From Trichoplax adhaerens (lineage: Eukaryota > Animalia > Placozoa), in the NCBI RefSeq assembly GCF_000150275.1, contig NW_002060955.1, positions 21,240 through 85,239 of the forward strand: DNA of 64,000 nucleotides, in the 5' to 3' direction. Positions within the stretch are counted from its first letter, which is position 1, and each line of letters opens with the position of its first letter. Both the position numbers and the translations under genes were made by a program. The notes below the pieces were generated by a model that saw only the letters and a program-made list of their open reading frames with translations, did not search any database and was not told the DNA's origin. Of this stretch, positions 56,201 through 64,000 are shown one piece after another.

Positions 56201-57530
56201 TTTCATAACTCAGCATGCTACTTCAATGACATTCTAGTATATATGAAACTAATTTACCGTATTACTTACTGTTAGGAGCGTCCTATTCCGTTGGTATCAG
56301 AAAAACAGATACCCTATTTTCTATGTTGCTCCGGCACAGCTAAATTAACGGCTAGTTTAGAATATTTAGCATGCTATATTGGGGAAGCTATTAATATTCA
56401 AATGATTGAATTGGAAAATAATACGAAGCAAGAAATCACTGGCGTGGCAGTCCGATTAATACGAAATATAACCCATAAAGCTAAAGGTATAGGAATTTTT
56501 GAAGTATTTGCTATCGTTAACTATAATTCTTTTAACAACACGGACTATGCATGGATAATTTATAGTTGCTATTATCTCATTTAAAATATGTTTTACATTA
56601 CTTAGGAGTTGAAAATGTGTCAACTGACGTTTGCTTGATAAAACAGCTGTTTCGAACATTAATGCCAGGCCAAACAATTACATGGACTAACGAATCTCTG
56701 GTTATTACAAAATTGCAACCTACAATTGCTAAATTTGACCTTATATCTATTGGTTACGTATTAGAGGTAAGATATGAAGCTTACAGTTTTATCTAAATAT
56801 TTTGATATAATTATCCAACATTATTATAAAATCCTCACGAAGAAGTCTCAATCTTATATAATCCTACATGACGATAATAAACGACCCTAAATTATTTCGA
56901 TAAATTCGTATAATTGCGTTAGTATATCCTTATATAATGCCAATTGAATTAATAATTATACACAATTAATGAATAAAACTGGCCAAATACGAACTATAGA
57001 TATTAATTAAGGGAATCAGATAGCACCAGCCAGCGCGCTACCTAACTATTGTAATTTCTTGAGGAGTTTAGATCTAGGTAGAACGAAATGGATAATTTAC
57101 GATTAAAACTTGTTGAATATATAATATTCATATTAAATAATGAGTCAGGTAGTTTTAGTCAGTACGCTAGCCAGGTATTGCAACTTCTTGAGTAGCTTAA
57201 ATCTTTGTAGAAAAATTGATCTTGAACAATTAATAACTTCAAAATATTTCTTTCTTCCTTAACTTCATTTAGATTCAAGCATTTCTAAATAAAAATACGA
57301 CACTGTCAGTTGAATTTCCAATAACTATTGGCGATCGACCTGATATTAACCCCCTTCCATCACATAAGAATTCAGTGTCATTTCTGGATTCATCGCTTTA
57401 TGAATTAACTCTACCTGGGGCTGTTACAAGAGATCAAGCTCCAAATGATTTAGAAAGATGTACTATTAGTAGCAATTTATCATCTTTAACAGAGAGTTAT
57501 ACTAGTTATAAAGACCATCTAATGAAATAA
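50253..57530 (+). CDS. Alpha-arrestin gene 6, 5 exons, 368 aa, 5.4-kb first intron, no PY motif
   Basis: Exons 50253-50505, 55950-56173, 56276-56486, 56606-56766 and 57273-57530, phases 1,0,1,0. Motifs VYFPGQVISG, GRHTFSFSYQLP, LPNSYQG..NIRY, FLCCSG, LQPT, IGYVLE and FPITIGD. Confidence 0.88.
53972..54565 (-). mobile_element. Dispersed repeat, copy B (inverted), in intron 1 of arrestin gene 6, interrupted by about 310 extra bp
   Basis: About 53972-54203 is the reverse complement of about 33395-33625, and about 54515-54565 is the reverse complement of about 33345-33395. Confidence 0.6.
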
Positions 57531-60187
57531 TATCACAATGAAAGCTGATCATTACAGTATAATAACTAGCTGTATTTAATTGATAGTAAGTTTAGGACCG
57601 AAATACAGTACGAGACTTGTCAAACTCTTAGTTAAAGACAACATTTTTGCATTTGTATAATATCGCTTAGCAGTATTGTTTAATATTTACGGATCATTCT
57701 TTTATTCGGCATAGACTAAACCATTCGAAACGTTTTGCTACCAGAGTTGAGATACAAATCGAAATAATAATTTTAGACTGATAGTTTCAATATTTCAATT
57801 TACCATAATGTGTATATAAGCATTGTTATCTCCAAATCAAACAAATAGTTGTTGTGTCCCGCTATCCTTCTTCAGAAGTCTGATTTTTTTATAATTATTA
57901 TCATGATTGATTTTTTAACGGGAATTGTACATGTATATCTATTTACTCATGTTCAGAAGAGTTTTTTAAACTTCTGCTTAAATTTTTGGCAATTTTAGGC
58001 CTTATCTACGTTACTCTACACTATAAAGCTAAACTAATAATTAAAATCGAAAAATCTGTAAATAAAATTGGACGCATTCCGATATTCTAGATGGTAAAGT
58101 ATTCAAGGTTTTCTTAGTATAAACCCTATATAACTGCCATGGTAAGAACTTAGGCTTATAAATTATTATTTTTTCTAGATATTGATGGTAATTTTGCGAT
58201 ATTCGAGATTATAGCCTAAGTTTGAAGTTAATAAGTTCGTCTCTTAGCATATTTAATGCCTCTCAACATATCTAGTGAGCATTAATTCCCACATTCAAAT
58301 AACTCTTACAATCTGTAATTGTTACAAGCTAGGATAGGTAGCTAAGCAAGCCAAGCTAGGGTAAGCCCTAAATTGCAACAAGGGTTGAGAGTATTTTCTA
58401 ACCTATACTACCGCTATTTGGAATGCTAGTCAATTGTTATTCCTAAGTAGATAGGTTTTAACACGGCGAGACCTTCAAACTTACTAGAAAGTCATAATCT
58501 AATTAATTATCGGTGAAGCTGACGCTTAGATATGTTTCGGTACCTACAACTGGTTTAACTAGGTCAGTCACCTCGTCCATGAGAAACTAACCAAATTAAT
58601 ACTCTAAACAGCACTTATTTGTACAGATTGGACACAGTCTAATCCTATTAAATTTACTGTATCAGTATTAAATTAATCAATTTTTGATAATAGTTTAGCA
58701 AACACATAGTAGGCTATCCCTACTAAGATATTACTTCTAAACTTAGAAATTGTACTTTGAAGCTTAACAACCTTGGAAGTGATAGATACAATCCAATTTA
58801 ACTAGTTGGTAATTGCTAGCTTAGTCTATCTAATCTTTAAGTAAGAATTACTAACATGTCAACTGTTAACCACTAAACTTACAGTTAAGGAGACCTCAAA
58901 TATTTCTGAGATATAAATATATAAAGAACGTAACGTAGAAATAAAGTACACGCCACGAAGATTACTTTCGTAATAGTAAATTTCATTGAAGCATAAGGAT
59001 CGCTACCGTGTATCATATTAGGATAAATCGCATTAATAAGTATAAAGCATATAAATATCTTTGCAGTAAGGTATTAAATTAAAGAAAAAGCGATTAACTA
59101 ATCTATTTCGCAATAAGACATACGCATTATGATTTTGTAACATTTAACTTTCGCATCAATGTAAATATATAGTACTATAATGTTCTACGATATTTCTTAA
59201 GAATTATAACGCCGATCTCTAAAGACTATTTTCTATGTAATTGGGAATCGAATTTCGGAAGATTGCTGGATCACTTAAAATGCGAATTATATCAGTTAGT
59301 GTAAATTACAGGAAAAGAAAAAAGTTTTCAGCGTATGAGAACTTACTGATCTTAACATTTATAATACACCCGCACATTATTAATTATGATTACTTTCCGC
59401 TGGAACTCTAAATATCTTTTGCTTTATAGCTGGAAAAGCAAGACTCAAAATTTCAAGCAGATATTTGGCCTGAGCTCTAAACTCAGGTTTTAAAATGAAT
59501 AACACTTTTCTCTTTAAGGAAAATAAATGCTGGACGGCCATAAAGATCTCACTACTCAGCACTACCGGTAGCGATAGGTAATTCAAGGAATTCATTGCTT
59601 TAAAATCAAATTTAGTAGAATATTACTTCGTTTTTGGTGTATTATGAATTAGTACGAGGCCTATTTACTAATGTTCGAATATGGATTTGATATGATTTTG
59701 ACTCGCATAATTAATATATTTATCTATAATTTTATATCTAGTCATATGTTTTTTTTAAACTCACGACTCTGTTCAGTACATAAAATAATTAATTGTATCA
59801 ATGATTATCTAATTCCATTCCTTTTAATTCCTTTTCTGAGAACCTTTTAACTTTAAAATAATAAGTAATACAATTTGATCAAGGTGGAAATTTTTCTCTA
59901 ATAGAATTGGTTCTGACCAATGAAGTCTTACATAATGATCGTAAACTAATTTAATTATTGGTTGTACAATTATTTCATTCCCTTGCCAATGGCTTTAGTA
60001 TTATCAATATTCATTTCAGCTCTGCAGACTACTAACGTTCTATACCTTCGTTACTAATTATTTATCGCTCACTGTGCCCTGCAGGTACCTATGTAAGATT
60101 ATGATAGTTGAGTAAACTTGCGTAAGCCTATCTTGTCTATCTGAAATTTTATCTGGAAAAATTTTAGAACGTGATAAACAGTAAATT

Positions 60188-62945
60188 ATGGGTAAGATCA
60201 GAGAGTTTAGCATTCAACTTCATAACAATGCTGCCAGTGTCTACTATCCAGGCCAGATCATTACAGGCATAGTGGTTATGGATCTAATTTCTGCTGTCAA
60301 AATCCGATATATTTGGGTTGAAATCGCTGGAAGATCGGTAACTAAAGTCCCTTTAAGTAATCGAGGAAGTAATCGTAGCCAGTGGCTTGCTGATTTTGTC
60401 ACTCAACGAGATTGTTTCATTGACGAAAAGAAGGTTTTGTGGGACGGAAGTAAGAAAACTATAGATTTTATTAAAAATCTTTTGATTGACATAATTATTT
60501 ATTAATGGATAGCATGAAATATTCATTCGATCTAAAATTCTAAATTTTGAAGTTCCAATTAATAATTAGTAGATATAAACGTAAATATAAGAGTTATTGT
60601 CACAAACCAGCTTCGTGACAAGGATAACGTAAAACAAATCTCTAAATTACTATAGTCTCCGGGATTCAGCATCCCTTAACTACCTCACAAGAATTTAGAC
60701 GCCTTTGCTTCTACGTTAAACTCAACTAGAGAATTGAGAACTACTTTATGCAACTATCTGACGGGCTTATATACCCTTCTACAGCAGCTAACATTCATGA
60801 GTCATCATATAAAAATACTTAGGTGAGAACATCTACTAACTAGTTTTTCACAGTCGAACTACAATATGTCCATTCACAGAATCATTTCAGAGCACATTAC
60901 AGCTCAGCATTAAATTTACTGTAACACATTTTATCATTAGAGTAATTCCTATTGTAAGTAACTAGTTGTAATATAATATCACTATATTATATTAACCAAA
61001 TTTAGATGGCTATTTCTTCACGGTAGTTCGTACCGTGATAGTTATATGCTGATATTAATTTCCCATTTCCTTCATCGGCCGTTGCAGAATGGAAATCGAA
61101 TTCCAGAATTGATTGCAGCATACGTAATACTCGAGATACCTGATTTATAGATAGTAACATAAGATTTCACCATTAGGTCCATCTAATCATATTTAAATTA
61201 GAAACCGTAATTTAACGTAATTTGTGGAAACTGCAGCCTTGTGATTGCATTGCCTTGTTACTTTTAACGTAGCTTTATTCTACGTGTTATGATATTATTG
61301 CAAATATCTTTGCCTTCGTAATTTGATAGCTTTACAAGGTAGAAACATAATGGTCCGTAGATTTTTTGCATGCATTATATATTTAGTCTTCCTAGTTTTT
61401 AAATCCCATTTATAGATTCGAAATTAAAACTCAGCAGTCCGTAATTTATTTCTTGCCTTTATCGTATTTGAATATTTTTTAGCTCTGAATGAAAATCTTT
61501 AATATTGTTAGGAGAAAATATACCTAAAAATTAATTGTATTTCTGTAGTATATGGCTTGGCTTTAACTTAAGTTTATTGCTTGTAGCTCGGAATGAGAAT
61601 CTGCAATTGGGATCTGGGAGACATGAACTGGATTTTGCTTTTCCCTTACCCTGCCATTATTTACCGTCATCATATGAAGGCGGAAAATGTTGCAATATAC
61701 GGTATCTAATCCTTGCTCGGATATGTCGCCCATGGAAAATGGATTACGTAACTAAAACAGCTTTCACAGTGTTAGAAATGGTCGACATTAATAGGCCAGA
61801 ATTGACGGTAAAAGAGCTAAATAATTATTGCACTTAGATCGTACCGTAACAAATAGCGATCGAGAACACTTTCTAGTCTACCACTATAAAGTTAGATGAA
61901 TTTAAAAATGTACCAAATGTTATAGCATTCATCATTAGCATTACGAAAAACTAAAGTAAAATAGCATGATTTTCCAGATCATGTCGTAAAGGTTACCTGT
62001 GTGAACTCTTAACAATATTGGCCATCTTAAATATTATTGAAATTCAGCTCATTATTCCTTATTGTTTTTAGAAATGTCAATTTCGGTATAAACAAGGTGC
62101 TGTATATGCACTTTGGTGGAAATTAAAACAGTTACAGAGCTCAATCATATTGCAGTAAATAAGACTAAACAATGGCAATTTTCGCAACTTATCGTTTAAA
62201 AAGTAACCAATTACTTACGTGCTCATGCGCTAACGTATTAAAAATGCCTAGGAAGTTGATAATACTATAATATTTGGTGTTAAATATTTTCATCGTCCGT
62301 ATGGTAAGATTATAGCAAACTAGCATTAGCCAATATCACCAAATACCCTATTCCATTTGTATTGAAGTATTAATAGAGCCAACTACCAAGCTTTGTATAC
62401 CAGGCTGTACTGTAAACTCTACCTATTACATTATAGGTCAAGTATAATGTTATCCTTCACGGTAACATGCACTCTTCTATGCATTATATTAGTAAGTATC
62501 TACTAAAGTAATATTTGTCTGAATTGATTCTCTATTCCGTAATCACAGTAAAACAAAAGTCATGTATTGATCTTCAAGATATAGAAAATCAATCTAGAAT
62601 ATGGACTACCCGTACAATTCTATTTGTTGCATTACTTTTTCTCAAGTTGATAATACTATGTAGTTGATATAAATCCTAGGCCTAAATTGATTATTCTGAT
62701 GTAACACTTTGGCTAATTTGGTCGTTTATAGCAGCCATCGCCAGAAATCGAGAAGGAGAAAACTATAACTTCTTGTGGCGGCTGTCAATCAGCTAAATAT
62801 TTAAAATTAAATGCATATATTAGACGATGTGGCTACTGTCCAGGCGAACGTATGACATTCACTGCCTCAGTAGAAAATTGTCACAAAATTAGATTATTAT
62901 GTATCCACGCAAAGTTGCAGCAAGTTGTGGAATATTACGCTAAAG
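60188..62945 (+). CDS. Alpha-arrestin gene 7, partial (first 3 coding exons)
   Basis: Exons 60188-60449, 61587-61807 and 62732-62945, phases 1,0,1. Motifs VYYPGQIITG, GRHELDFAFPLP, LPSSYEG..NIRY, RPWKMD and GYCPGE. The remaining exons are not visible because a gap follows. Confidence 0.88.
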
Positions 62946-62992
62946 GTAGGCACAATTTACATTCCGCACTACATTTCTAAATTCCTCTCTTT

Positions 62993-63042
62993 NNNNNNNN
63001 NNNNNNNNNNNNNNNNNNNNNNNNNNNNNNNNNNNNNNNNNN
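62993..63042. other. Assembly gap (50 N)
   Basis: Run of 50 n, probably a placeholder of unknown true size. Confidence 1.
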
Positions 63043-63049
63043 TCGGTAC

Positions 63050-64000
63050 TCACAGGCATCTTTTACATCGCCTTCGGGTTAAAACTGTGTAAATAAGGGG
63101 ATTAGTAGCAGAGTTAACGAAAAAGAGTAAGTAAAATAGACCGGTTAAAGCGTAACCGGCTGGAGTTTTCAAGCTTTTTACTTTTCTGATCTGTCCAATT
63201 CCCAAAACAATTGCTGGCAGCCAACTTAATAAATTGGTAAATGCTATAATGCCTGTTATCAAACCCACAAATTTTTCTGAATTAACGCTATGATGACTAA
63301 TGAATATCCTATTAGATCGACTACGCCGAACTCGATCTATTATTGCAAAGTAAATCGAAATCGTTATAAAATAGGGTATAGGCATAATTAGGTAAGTAGC
63401 ATAATGAATTATCCTCATCACGCTATCTTCCAATCCGCCTGTATAGCATAAATTTGTCCAACCACGAAAATTTTCTGGATCATGATATTGATAAGATCGA
63501 ATAGCCAAAATCAGACCGAGACTACAGCCGAAAATCCATATTATGGCTGTAAGAAACTTAGCTCTTGGGAATGATAATAGCCGACGATATTTCTGCTTTA
63601 CAATGCAAAAGTAGCTGTCGATTGCTATGAGCAGTGTTAAAAGTGCTGGTAAAAAGATAGCTATTGTCGATGAAAACTTTGCTATAAAACATCCTGGATT
63701 TAATAACCAAGAATTATTGTTACCAGTACATGATTTGTTTGAGTAACATAAATGATATTTGGGATATTGGCTATAAACAAGATCAGCTATGCATAATATT
63801 AGTAAATATAATGCACCAAATCCGTCAGCTAAAGCTAAGTTCATTATTAAAAATATATGCACTTTATTCATGCTTTGTGAATAGTATTTTAGCTTCATAC
63901 CGTTACAATAGATAACATATCCATTTGCTAAAATTCCGACGATGCCAAATATCCAAGCAATTATTGCACTTGCAATATAATTAGGTAATATTACCAATTT
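63050..64000 (-). CDS. Rhodopsin-class GPCR with LGR/RXFP-type 7TM core, 5'-truncated at the window edge, intronless in the visible part
   Basis: At least 315 aa with 7 hydrophobic segments. TM1 AN, TM2 FLIMNLALADGFGALYLLILCIAD, ECL1 W...PGC, TM3 IAIDSY (DRY variant), TM6 FTNLLSWLP, TM7 NSATNPLIYT. The frame is open to position 64000. Confidence 0.93.
   Translation of the reverse strand, partial: KLVILPNYIASAIIAWIFGIVGILANGYVIYCNGMKLKYYSQSMNKVHIFLIMNLALADGFGALYLLILCIADLVYSQYPKYHLCYSNKSCTGNNNSWLLNPGCFIAKFSSTIAIFLPALLTLLIAIDSYFCIVKQKYRRLLSFPRAKFLTAIIWIFGCSLGLILAIRSYQYHDPENFRGWTNLCYTGGLEDSVMRIIHYATYLIMPIPYFITISIYFAIIDRVRRSRSNRIFISHHSVNSEKFVGLITGIIAFTNLLSWLPAIVLGIGQIRKVKSLKTPAGYALTGLFYLLFFVNSATNPLIYTVLTRRRCKRCL

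Overview
AT-rich eukaryotic DNA with many short GT-AG introns. The composition, intron sizes and GPCR type would fit a placozoan (Trichoplax-like) genome, but this is inference only. The window is mainly a tandem array of seven intron-containing alpha-arrestin (ARRDC/TXNIP-like) genes: six on the plus strand, one inverted, and the last cut by a 50-N gap. They share the same intron positions but differ strongly in their C-terminal PY-motif tails. Between arrestins 1 and 2 lies an island with a 128-bp tandem array, an Apaf-1-like CARD ORF, a 111-bp tandem array and a 20-exon gene that the ORF track does not resolve. I assembled that gene by hand. It encodes a 463-aa importin-alpha-like armadillo protein with no IBB domain and none of the NLS-binding tryptophans, and it may be spliced to the CARD. 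An intronless rhodopsin-class (LGR-type TM core) GPCR ends the window. There are also several minisatellites, a dispersed inverted repeat and a possible decayed C2-domain gene. All gene models are manual translations, with no database searches or transcript data.
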